Source: a virus. From it: a stretch of 64,000 nucleotides of DNA. This document shows positions 8,215-18,016 of the stretch, one piece after another. Made by a program: the position numbers and the translations under genes. Under the pieces are notes generated by a model. That model was not told where the DNA came from. It saw only the letters and a list, made by a program, of their open reading frames with translations, and ran no database searches. The DNA is taken from positions 1 through 64,000 of IMG/VR virus record IMGVR_UViG_3300017917_004441, one strand, 5' to 3'. How positions within the stretch are numbered: position 1 is the first letter of the stretch; each line of letters opens with the position of its first letter.

Positions 8215-9717
8215 TCAATTCACACGAATATTTGTATTTAAGATTTTGTTCGCGGCATTTCGTATCTCAAACAATATTTGTTCGGATCTTACACCATCTA
8301 ATCCTACAGGTATAGGTGCTGCGCCAGGAACGGGGTGGACGTGTGTTATAAGGAATCTAACGATCAAATTCAGTAGGTCTAATAGTTCTTCCCCTCTGAC
8401 TGTAGATGATGTAAATGGAAGGATATTTTCCTGTATTTGTTGTTGAGTAAATCCATAAATTGAATTACTCAAATCTGTTTGTTTGTTTGACTTGTGCGAA
8501 AGTAAAAATATTTCAGTTCCACCAATCAAAACAGGTGTTGAAACTTCCTCTGTTACCTCTTTCGTGGTGATTTCTTGTAGATTTACCTTGATAGGTTTTC
8601 CTATTTGATCTTTGGTTCTTACCAATCCAAATTTGTAACTCGCAGGACCAAGTCCAGCATTCAATGTAATTGCATTCACAAACCTCAATCCATTGGAATA
8701 TTGTGTCGCTAGAATGGATGACGGAGAGTTTGGATCTATACCACCACTTTCTAAAATTGTCCTAACAGACGCTACTGGTCTATATGCAAATGGAAACTGA
8801 TCAGTAATTCTTGGACCATCGATAATTTTACCTGAGTTTACACCCTTGATGAAATTATTGATTTTTTCTACAGTCTGTTCAAATGTGAGACCGAAAAAGT
8901 CCTCATAATATTCAATATTGATGACGTTTGCCAAATCTGAGTCGTATTGGATACTATCAGTGAAAGTTGTATTCAAAGGCTTGAGACTATATAACCTAAT
9001 TTGACCTGTGAAAGCATTCTGCGTATTCTCCAAGTTTTGTACATCCCATTCAATTAACTTTTTGGTGGGCACATTTACTTCCTCTGTTTGAATTGAAAGT
9101 TTTTTTGGACCTTCATTTATCTTGGTGTTGAAACCTGATATTTGAATAAAAGACCTTCTGTCATTTGGAATTGGAAACCTTTTGATGTTCAAGTCATTGG
9201 TTTTTGCGGCTCTGAGTAATACGGTATCTTTCTTTACTACAACATCGGCAAAACCACGACCCAAAAGTGCGTTGTCACCAGGTTGTGGGAATATTCCAAA
9301 TGATTTGGAGTTTTTGAAACTACCATCATTGTTTTTGAGTCTCAACAAACCCTCAACTCTGTCACCTAAAGATGTAAATTTGTTTGATTCCTCAATGTTG
9401 GAATATGGTAAAGACATTGGGGATGGGAATGATCCTTGAACATAATAAACATCTTGGTAAGGATATTCATGGTTTTGATAAAAAAGATTTACTCGTTCTT
9501 TGGCTTCAGGTACCTGTGATATGAACTGAGGTAAAAGCGGTAAAACAACGAAAGGGTCTTTATCAGTCCAAGCGTCTTTTGGTTGGAAGGCAAAACCCTC
9601 TAACGTTGCACGAATATTTCTATCAAGAGGATGTGCTCTGATTCTACCCAAATTCATTGGGTCTTGATTGTCTATAACCTCTGCAGGATATATTATCTTA
9701 CTTGCTAAACTGCCCAT
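8215..9717 (-). CDS. Baseplate central spike/hub protein (gp5/gpV-like OB fold, HxH tip motif)
   Basis: N-terminal AEVIDNQDPMNLGRIRA; C-terminal THVHP. Confidence 0.7.
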   Translation of the reverse strand: MGSLASKIIYPAEVIDNQDPMNLGRIRAHPLDRNIRATLEGFAFQPKDAWTDKDPFVVLPLLPQFISQVPEAKERVNLFYQNHEYPYQDVYYVQGSFPSPMSLPYSNIEESNKFTSLGDRVEGLLRLKNNDGSFKNSKSFGIFPQPGDNALLGRGFADVVVKKDTVLLRAAKTNDLNIKRFPIPNDRRSFIQISGFNTKINEGPKKLSIQTEEVNVPTKKLIEWDVQNLENTQNAFTGQIRLYSLKPLNTTFTDSIQYDSDLANVINIEYYEDFFGLTFEQTVEKINNFIKGVNSGKIIDGPRITDQFPFAYRPVASVRTILESGGIDPNSPSSILATQYSNGLRFVNAITLNAGLGPASYKFGLVRTKDQIGKPIKVNLQEITTKEVTEEVSTPVLIGGTEIFLLSHKSNKQTDLSNSIYGFTQQQIQENILPFTSSTVRGEELLDLLNLIVRFLITHVHPVPGAAPIPVGLDGVRSEQILFEIRNAANKILNTNIRVN

Positions 9718-9925
9718 TTACCCTGTTTTCGTATTCTGTAAGAATTTTATTGTACAAACCTTCAATGTTGTCTAAATGGTTTGTTAGATCAATAATCATA
9801 GATTTTGTTTCGTTAAAATCGTCCGTTAAAAAATCCATGGCTTCCGACAAATCTTTGTTGGACGAGGAGTCAATATCTCTGATAATTGACTGTAATTGTT
9901 CCAATGTGAATTCTTTTTTTATCAT
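9698..9925 (-). CDS. Small helical hypothetical protein
   Basis: Overlaps neighbours in the same operon. Confidence 0.65.
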   Translation of the reverse strand: MIKKEFTLEQLQSIIRDIDSSSNKDLSEAMDFLTDDFNETKSMIIDLTNHLDNIEGLYNKILTEYENRVNGQFSK

Positions 9926-11898
9926 GATGGTACTGAATCAAATCTTTCGGGCATCGTTATACCAATTGGTAATACTTTTAAGGCCGGAAGTATACCCTGA
10001 TTTCTTCCATTTTCAGTGCGTTCTGCTTCAACACCTGTAATTTGAGATTGAATTGATAAAAGCCAAAGGTTTGGACTACCATCTGGCATCGGTCCAGTTG
10101 GTATTCCTTTCTTTTGTAATTCTTCAATTACACTCAACATTGCTCTCGTGTCAGAAAATCCGGCTCTAAACTTGGCAAAAAACAATGCCGTTGCGGGTGT
10201 ATCGTATCTTGTACCCCTTAGTGATAATTGAATGAGATCCACAATTGAGTCAACAACGCTCTTACACTTTCTATAGTTAGGTATTACTTGAGTAACCAAA
10301 ATACCCAAACTCAGAAGTGATTTAGTTTGAAGAAGTCTCTTATTCTGAGCTTCTTTTCTTAGATTACGGATAATACCCCTCAATAATTTTCTTAGATCTC
10401 TTTTTATTATCTCCGTAAGAATTCTAGTAAATTCTGCACCAATTAGAGAGATAACCTCAACATTGAAAGTTTTGAATGTTTTCATAAAACTTTCTAAGTT
10501 GTAAACTTTGTTCAGTATAGAGTTTTGAATATTTTGTTGATCGTTCTCCAAAGCTTTTACCATAATCATCATTGGTAGTAAAACTTTTGGACTATAAATG
10601 GCGGCAATCAAGGCTTTGGGTAAATTGTCAATGATATCATCATCAATCGCCAATCCCAACTGAAATTTAGGTCCCAAAGTTTTGTCTTTTACTGACTCTA
10701 TAGCTTCGTTTAGAATTCTAGTGTTTTCTGCGACATTATCATCATCAACAAATAACATTTGATTCAAAGTATTTTGTACTTCGTTACTGTTGTAAGGTTG
10801 TTTAATCGTGGTACAATCCAAATACTCAAAAACACCTTGTTTGATAAGTGATATCTCAGATTCAATTTGTCTTAGATCAATATCAGTTAGTTCAAAAAAA
10901 GACTCTTCAATACCATCCAAAGGGGCTACTTTAGCAATACCACTCACGTCAATTTCTTCTCTTGCATCAAAACACAATCCCAAAATCCTTGCAATAATTT
11001 TGTCAAAATATCCGTTATCTTGAATGGAATCAACACCAGCATTTACTTGAATTGAAACGTGCCCAAACAGGTATTGAAATAACTGAATGTATATGTTTTT
11101 TGTGTCAACAATTCTGATTGTCTTTAGATAGTCAGTTATAAACTGTCCGACTAAGTTTTGGCTTTGTGTAAGACTACTATCTTGTCTATTCTTCAGAGAA
11201 ACTTTGTAGAAACTTCCAGTGTTACCGGCACCGTCTTGTGTTACATATTCAAAGTCAAATAAAGGTTGTTTTGATTTTCCCAAATAACTTTGCCCATATT
11301 GTGATTGATAAGACAAGTTGGAATTTTGTGTTCGTTCGTACAGTTCCTTATTCATAGGGAACGGATCGTTCTGAATCGTAATAGTATTTGATTCATAGAA
11401 AAAGGCTGTAATAGGATTTGAGGGGGGTTCTTTTAGTAACCCAAATAAATCTATTGAGGATACAGGAATGTAAATTCCCGAGGTGTTATTCAAAACTGCA
11501 TTATCGTAGGTCTGCTCTTGAGAACATCCCAACTCCTTCAACATTTGATCGGCAATTATTTGGGGTATCTTGCTTTTGATTTCGTTCAGAGCTTCGGAAA
11601 AGGAGTCTTTCACAAAATTTGACATACTTGTTGTGGTGTCTCCCGATCTTATTTCGTTTGAAATAAGTTTTGCTATTTGTAATAGTTTTTTTGTTTGACT
11701 GTTAGGTTGTCTTTGATACCTCTTTTTTTGTTTAGCTAAGTCAGTAGCTGGACTTACCGTATCAACTACATTTTCTTCTAATGATGATTGTTGTTGGTTA
11801 GTAAGTAACGGAGTAGCCGAACTTATCTCATTGAACGTGTCAATTGCTTTGAGATTGGCTGTAAGAAAATCATATTGTTCATTGAGATCAATTGCCAT
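9922..11898 (-). CDS. Large hypothetical (probable virion/baseplate) protein
   Basis: 658-aa ORF co-transcribed with the spike gene. Confidence 0.6.
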   Translation of the reverse strand: MAIDLNEQYDFLTANLKAIDTFNEISSATPLLTNQQQSSLEENVVDTVSPATDLAKQKKRYQRQPNSQTKKLLQIAKLISNEIRSGDTTTSMSNFVKDSFSEALNEIKSKIPQIIADQMLKELGCSQEQTYDNAVLNNTSGIYIPVSSIDLFGLLKEPPSNPITAFFYESNTITIQNDPFPMNKELYERTQNSNLSYQSQYGQSYLGKSKQPLFDFEYVTQDGAGNTGSFYKVSLKNRQDSSLTQSQNLVGQFITDYLKTIRIVDTKNIYIQLFQYLFGHVSIQVNAGVDSIQDNGYFDKIIARILGLCFDAREEIDVSGIAKVAPLDGIEESFFELTDIDLRQIESEISLIKQGVFEYLDCTTIKQPYNSNEVQNTLNQMLFVDDDNVAENTRILNEAIESVKDKTLGPKFQLGLAIDDDIIDNLPKALIAAIYSPKVLLPMMIMVKALENDQQNIQNSILNKVYNLESFMKTFKTFNVEVISLIGAEFTRILTEIIKRDLRKLLRGIIRNLRKEAQNKRLLQTKSLLSLGILVTQVIPNYRKCKSVVDSIVDLIQLSLRGTRYDTPATALFFAKFRAGFSDTRAMLSVIEELQKKGIPTGPMPDGSPNLWLLSIQSQITGVEAERTENGRNQGILPALKVLPIGITMPERFDSVPS

Positions 11899-11902
11899 CC
11901 CA

Positions 11903-12271
11903 TCACATTTTATATTTGTTATTTGATTCTACAGATTCAAGATCTTTTTGTATCAATGACTGTAGCATTTCATCATCAATATCTGTAAGATTCATATTAT
12001 CCTCATTGACTTGTGACTTTTCCCAAATAGAAGATTGTAATTTGGCTAAGGTCAACTTTTTTTCTACAACGTCATTGATAATCTTTTGTTGTTTTTCTAA
12101 CACAGGACCAATCTCTCTCATGTCTTGTGGATCCTTCAGAAGGGCTAACATCTTATTTTGTACTCTAAGAGCAGTTGATCTTTGTTCAACAAGTTCATTG
12201 TAAACTTCTTGAAGTAATGAAAGTATAGAATCTTTACTAAGATTTATCTCTTTTTTCTTCGGTCTTGACAT
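11903..12271 (-). CDS. Coiled-coil hypothetical protein
   Basis: Likely start MSRPKKK after TATTTATA (minus strand, 12275-12282). Confidence 0.65.
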   Translation of the reverse strand: MSRPKKKEINLSKDSILSLLQEVYNELVEQRSTALRVQNKMLALLKDPQDMREIGPVLEKQQKIINDVVEKKLTLAKLQSSIWEKSQVNEDNMNLTDIDDEMLQSLIQKDLESVESNNKYKM

Positions 12272-12297
12272 ACCTATAAATACTTTGGTATCAAAAA

Positions 12298-13038
12298 TCA
12301 ATCAATCATGTCATTTATAAGTGTGAAATACAATTTCTTGTATTTTTTCATAGCACTTCTAATTTCTTTAGTTGATAAATTGGTCATCTCTCTAATTGAT
12401 AGAAGGATGATGTTTTTATTGAATTTATTATTATCGGTTCCCATGAATATTGTTTTGTAATTTTCAAACAACTCCATCAAGGCAATACCAAGTTTTCTTT
12501 CATTTGAATTCAGGTTTTCAGAATCCAAAGTTTGTTTGAGTTGTTTTATGAATTCCAATATGACAGTATCCGCATCTGTTTTTTCATGTTCAATATAATA
12601 AATCATATCAGGTCTTGATTCTAACTGAGATGTGATGTCTTCGTAAGAAATCTTTCGGTTAGTTTCCTTCTGATCTTTGATTATTTGACCCATCAAATAA
12701 TTTTTACAAATGGTTCCAAAATATGAATATGCTTTTTTGTTTTTGTCAGGTTTGAACTTGTCTACCTTGGTCATCAAAAAAGAGTGTGTATCTGTATGAA
12801 TATCCGAAAAATCCATGTCCTTTCTGTATAATTTATATCTTCTAATAATTGAAGATATCATCTTATCCAAAGGACCTCTCAGGAACTCATTGTAAATCTT
12901 ATTTTTTTCTTCAAAAGTTGTGGCTGTGAGATATAATCTTACAGCGTTTTCTTCCGCAACATCAAAATAGTTTGTTTGTGTTGGTTTTCTCCCTCTTTTT
13001 AGAGTTGTGGAAGTAGTGGTTGTTGAAGAGAACGACAT
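12298..13038 (-). CDS. Phage sigma factor, T4 gp55-like (late transcription)
   Basis: Region 2-like KVDKFKPDKNKKAYSYFGTICKNYL resembles gp55-family NFDPEK..AYFT.I..N. Confidence 0.7.
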   Translation of the reverse strand: MSFSSTTTTSTTLKRGRKPTQTNYFDVAEENAVRLYLTATTFEEKNKIYNEFLRGPLDKMISSIIRRYKLYRKDMDFSDIHTDTHSFLMTKVDKFKPDKNKKAYSYFGTICKNYLMGQIIKDQKETNRKISYEDITSQLESRPDMIYYIEHEKTDADTVILEFIKQLKQTLDSENLNSNERKLGIALMELFENYKTIFMGTDNNKFNKNIILLSIREMTNLSTKEIRSAMKKYKKLYFTLINDMID

Positions 13039-13844
13039 TAAGCATTTTCTACTTCATACTTTATGTTTCTGTCTTCGGTGAAAAAATACTCTTTCTTCGC
13101 GGTAGAAATCCAAAACTTTACTTCACTCTCGGTCATGACATCAGAACCATTTTTGTAGTTCCAAAAAATGGATCCTTCTCTTAGTGTAGTGTGTTTGTAA
13201 CCTAACTTCGGTATAGTCATAATACGAAGTGAGTTGTAAGTCATTCTAAGAAGGAATTCGTAAACAAATGTAAGTTTCATAGAAGGTTTGAATGAGCCAA
13301 ATTCTGTCAATCTCTCTTTTTTAATAATCATACCTGATGTTTGGAAGTTTTGGTAACTCAACAATGTTTCATGGGTTAGGAATCCCATCTCTTGAGTAAA
13401 GTTGGCGGCAAATGTGGCTTCGTTAGTAAACCCAACAAAAGTACCTTTTTCATCAACATCAACCACAATTGGTAAGAATGCGTCAATTTCAGGGTAATGT
13501 TCCATGTACGTTTTTACATTTTCAAACCAAATGTTCGCGTACTCATCATCAAATTCAAAAAACGATACCCAACTAGATGATGCACTTTCAATTCCAAGAT
13601 TCATTTGTGTTTGAAAGTTTGCCTCACCTTCAAAGGGTACGAGTTTTACGTTCAATCCATCAAAATCTGTGGTATTCAATTTATTTACAAGGGTTTCTTC
13701 TAAAGTGTGTACGATGACAAGTTCGGAGAAACCAACTTTTTGACTTTTCAGTGATAAGATACAACGATCAAAATACTCACTAAAGTCTCGTGCTAAACCT
13801 GATTTTATAGGTAGAATTACGGATAGGTCTAAATTATTTTCCAT
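13038..13844 (-). CDS. Glycosyltransferase, GT-A/GT2-like
   Basis: LSVILP start; NLGIESASSSWVSFFEFDDEY (GT2 N-G...W...DxDD analogue). Confidence 0.75.
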   Translation of the reverse strand: MENNLDLSVILPIKSGLARDFSEYFDRCILSLKSQKVGFSELVIVHTLEETLVNKLNTTDFDGLNVKLVPFEGEANFQTQMNLGIESASSSWVSFFEFDDEYANIWFENVKTYMEHYPEIDAFLPIVVDVDEKGTFVGFTNEATFAANFTQEMGFLTHETLLSYQNFQTSGMIIKKERLTEFGSFKPSMKLTFVYEFLLRMTYNSLRIMTIPKLGYKHTTLREGSIFWNYKNGSDVMTESEVKFWISTAKKEYFFTEDRNIKYEVENA

Positions 13845-13847
13845 TTT

Positions 13848-14900
13848 TTATACTGTTTCTGGATTCAATTGAGCTTCAAAAGCTTCTTTACGTTTATTTG
13901 AAAAGTCTGAGAAAATCTCTAAAACTTTGTTTTGGAATTTTTCTTTGTCTGAGTACTTTTCTGCGGTGTTTGCTGCTTCAACATACAATTCTTTAAGAAT
14001 ATTATCTTCTAACCAAGTTTGAATTAAGTCGGCAATAATGTCAACCATCATAATTTGGTTATCAACCCAAATACCATTTTTTTCTTCTAACCATTCGGGT
14101 TTAAGATTTGGTTTCAGACCCAAAACAGGAATTCCGACTTTCATACATTCTAATGGGAATGTACCAAATCCTGAGGTTGGATCAATCCAAACCCCCAAGA
14201 ATGCGTCTTGTAGTGCACTTGAGAACTCATCCATAGACACACCACGTAGATCTCTAAAAGTGAAGAATCGGTATTGAGGGTATCTTAGGTAAAATTGTTT
14301 GATCAAGTTGATTCCATCACGTTGATCACGAGTGTGTACAGCAATAATTGGTTTTGCAGGATACTTCTGTTTTTCAAATTTTTCAGAAATTACAGGAGGT
14401 ATTACGTCAATACTAACTCTTTTCATCAATCTTTCAATCTGAGCTTTTTGAGTCTCAGATGTTGTGATACATTTGTAAAAACCTAATTGTCCCCATGAAG
14501 TACCTGGTGTAAGTGTTTCCAAAACATGATCGTAAGCCTGAGTGATAACAATTTTACCACAAGGTAGGTTTTTGATTTGTTCCATGATGAAACCGAAAAT
14601 TTCAGGAACCACCATAATATCTTCAGGTGCAACCTCAAGATTTGTACCCTCAATACACTGATGTGTGAGTTCGTCATATTTTAGATCACTCCACTCAGAA
14701 ATTTTGGTGAAATCAGGTTTTTCATGTAACATAATTACTGTATATCCTTCCTTGTGTAGGGTGTAGGCCATGTCATAAAGATAGATCAGAGATGCTTTTG
14801 CATTTCCACGAGTATCTTGAACAAAGAAAAATATTTTATTTTTCTTATTCTCAATTCTTTCAATAGATTGAGAAATTTTTTCTTTTAATTCTGTATCCAT
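13848..14900 (-). CDS. Glycosyltransferase, GT-B/GT4-like
   Basis: IMVVPEIF; SGFGTFPLECMKVGIPV (GT4 E-x7-E region); start adjusted to MDTELK. Confidence 0.75.
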   Translation of the reverse strand: MDTELKEKISQSIERIENKKNKIFFFVQDTRGNAKASLIYLYDMAYTLHKEGYTVIMLHEKPDFTKISEWSDLKYDELTHQCIEGTNLEVAPEDIMVVPEIFGFIMEQIKNLPCGKIVITQAYDHVLETLTPGTSWGQLGFYKCITTSETQKAQIERLMKRVSIDVIPPVISEKFEKQKYPAKPIIAVHTRDQRDGINLIKQFYLRYPQYRFFTFRDLRGVSMDEFSSALQDAFLGVWIDPTSGFGTFPLECMKVGIPVLGLKPNLKPEWLEEKNGIWVDNQIMMVDIIADLIQTWLEDNILKELYVEAANTAEKYSDKEKFQNKVLEIFSDFSNKRKEAFEAQLNPETV

Positions 14901-14904
14901 TTTT

Positions 14905-15171
14905 TTATAGTTTTTCAATTAATTTATACCTCAACAAAGTGTTCCAAGCCAATTTGAATGGTATATTTAGTTTTTCGGCTCCTTTAGTACCTAATTTATC
15001 GTCAACATCCTCTGTTTCAGAAAAAACGACATCAATCATAATTTTTATCATTTCGTATTTGATTACAGAAATGTGTTGATTCTCCGTCTGACCTGATTCA
15101 GGTTCTAAATTGACAAATTTGTCAATATTTGGTAAGTTAAGGTGGTAATTTTCACCAAATACTTCTATCAT
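14905..15171 (-). CDS. Hypothetical protein
   Basis: 88-aa ORF tightly packed in the operon. Confidence 0.7.
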   Translation of the reverse strand: MIEVFGENYHLNLPNIDKFVNLEPESGQTENQHISVIKYEMIKIMIDVVFSETEDVDDKLGTKGAEKLNIPFKLAWNTLLRYKLIEKL

Positions 15172-15172
15172 C

Positions 15173-15763
15173 TTATATTATTTGTTTCAACGTTGATTCT
15201 AACTCTTTCAAATTAGTTATTGTATGATTTACATCAATATTTGAATTATAAGTTCTTTCGTATTTTATTGTAGGTTTGATATCACTATTACCTAATAAAT
15301 TTGGTGAAGCCGCGATCAATATATCAAACTCATTCCAAATATTATCCAAGGTTTTTTTGTTGAAGAAAAGGACTTTGTCAACATCACAACCAAATTTAGA
15401 AATAAAAAATAGAGTTGCAGGTTTTGTCTTACCAATTTGTTCGGATATCAAAACCCACTCTATTTCATTTTGATATGTTATTTGAAGATCTTTAAGATCC
15501 ATAAAGGTTGTCAACTCAGTTGAGGGTGAGTGTCCAAAAATTTCCATCGCAAATTCCTCAAAAACAAACGTGAAGTACTCATCTTCGGTTTTGAACACGA
15601 AGTGGTTTCTGAAATCTTTAGTATCGTATGGTTTTTTTATTTCAAATTTGAAATCCTCATCAACTAACTCAAGTTCATCTATCAAATACTTTTGATAAAT
15701 TTGCTCTAGCTTAGTAAAAGTGTCCCTCAAGACACCATCTATTTCTATAGCGACACGTTTCAT
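15173..15763 (-). CDS. HAD-fold 5'(3')-deoxyribonucleotidase-like protein (motif I is ExD)
   Basis: MKRVAIEIDGVLRD; RTYN near the C-terminus. Confidence 0.6.
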   Translation of the reverse strand: MKRVAIEIDGVLRDTFTKLEQIYQKYLIDELELVDEDFKFEIKKPYDTKDFRNHFVFKTEDEYFTFVFEEFAMEIFGHSPSTELTTFMDLKDLQITYQNEIEWVLISEQIGKTKPATLFFISKFGCDVDKVLFFNKKTLDNIWNEFDILIAASPNLLGNSDIKPTIKYERTYNSNIDVNHTITNLKELESTLKQII

Positions 15764-16491
15764 TCCTCGTACTTTTTCAAAATTTTACTAATGATTGGAT
15801 TTCTGACAATGTCAGACTCTTCAAAAGAAAAAGTACCAATTCTATCTACATTTGTAAACTTTTCAATAGCGTCCCATAAACCTGAATGAGTTTTGTCTTT
15901 GTAACGATCTGTTTGTTCTAAGTCACCCGATATAAAAAACTTACTATTGAAACCTATTCTTGTAAGTAGTAATTTCATTTGTTTAGGTGAACAATTCTGA
16001 GCTTCCTCAAAGATCAATATTGAGTTGTCAATATTCATACCTCTCATGTAAGCTAAAGCGAAAACTTCTATCGCTTCAATTTCTTTCAGTTGTTCTCTTT
16101 TTTCTTTTCCAATAATCTTGTTCAAAAGATAGTAGGATGGGAAAATGTAAGGATCTAATTTTTCCTCAACATTACCGGGTAGAGATCCAAGTTTTTCCTC
16201 AGCTTCCACAGCTGGTCGTACAATGATAATTTTTTCATAAGGAGTTGTAGGATCCACTAACAAATCCACAGCGGCTTTCATTGCAACATAAGATTTACCA
16301 ACACCCGCAGGACCCGAACAAATAGTTATTTCACTATCTCTAAGTAAATTATAATATTTTTTTTGATTTTCACTAAGGAATTTCTCTCTTGTTTTATTTG
16401 GTACTATTTGTGATATAATATTCTTCTTTGAAAGATTTCTTTGATTTGAATTTTCAGTAAGTCCTGAAATTTTCGGATTTTTTCTTGGCAT
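15760..16491 (-). CDS. phoH: PhoH-family ATPase
   Basis: GPAGVGKS, RPAVE, LGSLPG, AYMRG, EEAQN, LLTRIG, GDLEQTD, IVRNP motifs. Confidence 0.95.
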   Translation of the reverse strand: MPRKNPKISGLTENSNQRNLSKKNIISQIVPNKTREKFLSENQKKYYNLLRDSEITICSGPAGVGKSYVAMKAAVDLLVDPTTPYEKIIIVRPAVEAEEKLGSLPGNVEEKLDPYIFPSYYLLNKIIGKEKREQLKEIEAIEVFALAYMRGMNIDNSILIFEEAQNCSPKQMKLLLTRIGFNSKFFISGDLEQTDRYKDKTHSGLWDAIEKFTNVDRIGTFSFEESDIVRNPIISKILKKYEE

Positions 16492-16501
16492 TTTATATTA
16501 A

Positions 16502-17254
16502 TTAGGGTGTTGAGACTCCTTTTTTTGATACGACAATTGATGACATTTCGTTAGCAAAAATCAGAGATTTTTCTATGTCGTTTGTTTCCAAATATTTGAT
16601 TCCAAACGATGCGACAAACGTATCACCAGCACCTGACACGTCAATTGTTTCTTGGGGTCTTGGTGATGGGTAAATATTTCCATTATGTTTACACCCCTTA
16701 GATCCCAAAGTGATAAGGAACTTTTCAGGGTATTGTTCTACTAAATCTGTATTGTTTTGATATTCATATTCATTCAATTTTATAAAGGTAACATCCTTTA
16801 TAACATCTTCAGTCAATTTTTTCTTGGTATCTAAGATTGTAAGTTTACCCATGTTTGAAATCTTGGATATCATCTCGGGTATCAAATAACCTTTGTCATA
16901 ATCACTAAGAATGATCATGTCAGATTCTTGAATGGTGTCCACATTTCTCGGTGACAATAGTAATAAAGGACTGATCGGATTCAGTTCACCATCGTCAATT
17001 CTAACCAACATTTGATTACTACGATCCTCAACAATTCGTGTTTTGGTGATTACTTCGGGTTGGTGTAAGTGAACGATATCTGCTTGGGGGTCCAAAGCTT
17101 TGAGATTCTCAACCACATTTCCTGCCATACCGGGATTACGAACCTCTTTTACTGGGTTGAACACTGGTACGGGAGCTTCAGGGCAAATTCTTTTTACTTG
17201 ACCATACACAAACACATCCTCACCTAACTCACCTATTACTAATATTTTTTTCAT
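16502..17254 (-). CDS. PfkB-family sugar kinase, HldE/RfaE domain I-like (heptose-7-phosphate kinase)
   Basis: [33 protein letters not shown]. Confidence 0.88.
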   Translation of the reverse strand: MKKILVIGELGEDVFVYGQVKRICPEAPVPVFNPVKEVRNPGMAGNVVENLKALDPQADIVHLHQPEVITKTRIVEDRSNQMLVRIDDGELNPISPLLLLSPRNVDTIQESDMIILSDYDKGYLIPEMISKISNMGKLTILDTKKKLTEDVIKDVTFIKLNEYEYQNNTDLVEQYPEKFLITLGSKGCKHNGNIYPSPRPQETIDVSGAGDTFVASFGIKYLETNDIEKSLIFANEMSSIVVSKKGVSTP

Positions 17255-17654
17255 ATTCTAAAATGTTTGTTGTGGAAAACCCATCAAGTTTATCAAAGAA
17301 TAGAACCTGTTCAACCAAATGTGAACCTATTACTCTTTTATCTTTGTAATCACTTCCCACAATCAAATATTTGGGTTTCCATTCTCTGATTGCATCTTCT
17401 AATTCTTCGTCACTACCAAAAGGGACTACACTGTCCACATAAGTGATACTTTCCATCAAAAATTTTCTATCTGAAAATAAATTATAAGGACGGTTATCTC
17501 CCTTCAAAGATTTCACTCTCTCATCAGTATCAATACCCACTCTAAGTCTACCAAATTTAGAGGCGTACTTGAGTAGTTCAATATGTCCTCTGTGAAGAAC
17601 ATCAAAGGTCCCATTGACCCAAACCTTTACTTGGGCTGACTGTCTCCCCTCCAT
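17229..17654 (-). CDS. Nucleotidyltransferase, HldE/RfaE domain II-like
   Basis: [35 protein letters not shown]. Confidence 0.88.
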   Translation of the reverse strand: MEGRQSAQVKVWVNGTFDVLHRGHIELLKYASKFGRLRVGIDTDERVKSLKGDNRPYNLFSDRKFLMESITYVDSVVPFGSDEELEDAIREWKPKYLIVGSDYKDKRVIGSHLVEQVLFFDKLDGFSTTNILEYEKNISNR

Positions 17655-18016
17655 ACTCGGTAAGAATCAGAATCAAAGTGTTGTGTTGATACCTCATAGA
17701 TGGTTCCATCGGTTAGAGCTTCAAGTTGGTGTGGTTGACCTGGTAGTTGTCTTACAGAATCACCAACAACCAGTTTTTGTTCAATAACTTCAGCGGTTTC
17801 TGTGTCAATCCATCTATACAAAAACTCTCCCTCTTGTACATACCAAGTCTCATCCTTGATCATGTGGTAGTGCATGGAAAACTTACATCCCTTCTTGAAG
17901 ACAAGCAATTTTCCACAATATAACTCGTTGTTCTCAAAGATGACCTCATGTCCCCAACCTTTGGGAACATTACAACTCGGGCACTCAAGTGCGTTTATAA
18001 CAATTGGTTTTTCCAT
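17627..18016 (-). CDS. Cupin-fold sugar isomerase/epimerase
   Basis: [35 protein letters not shown]. Confidence 0.8.
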   Translation of the reverse strand: MEKPIVINALECPSCNVPKGWGHEVIFENNELYCGKLLVFKKGCKFSMHYHMIKDETWYVQEGEFLYRWIDTETAEVIEQKLVVGDSVRQLPGQPHQLEALTDGTIYEVSTQHFDSDSYRVWRGDSQPK

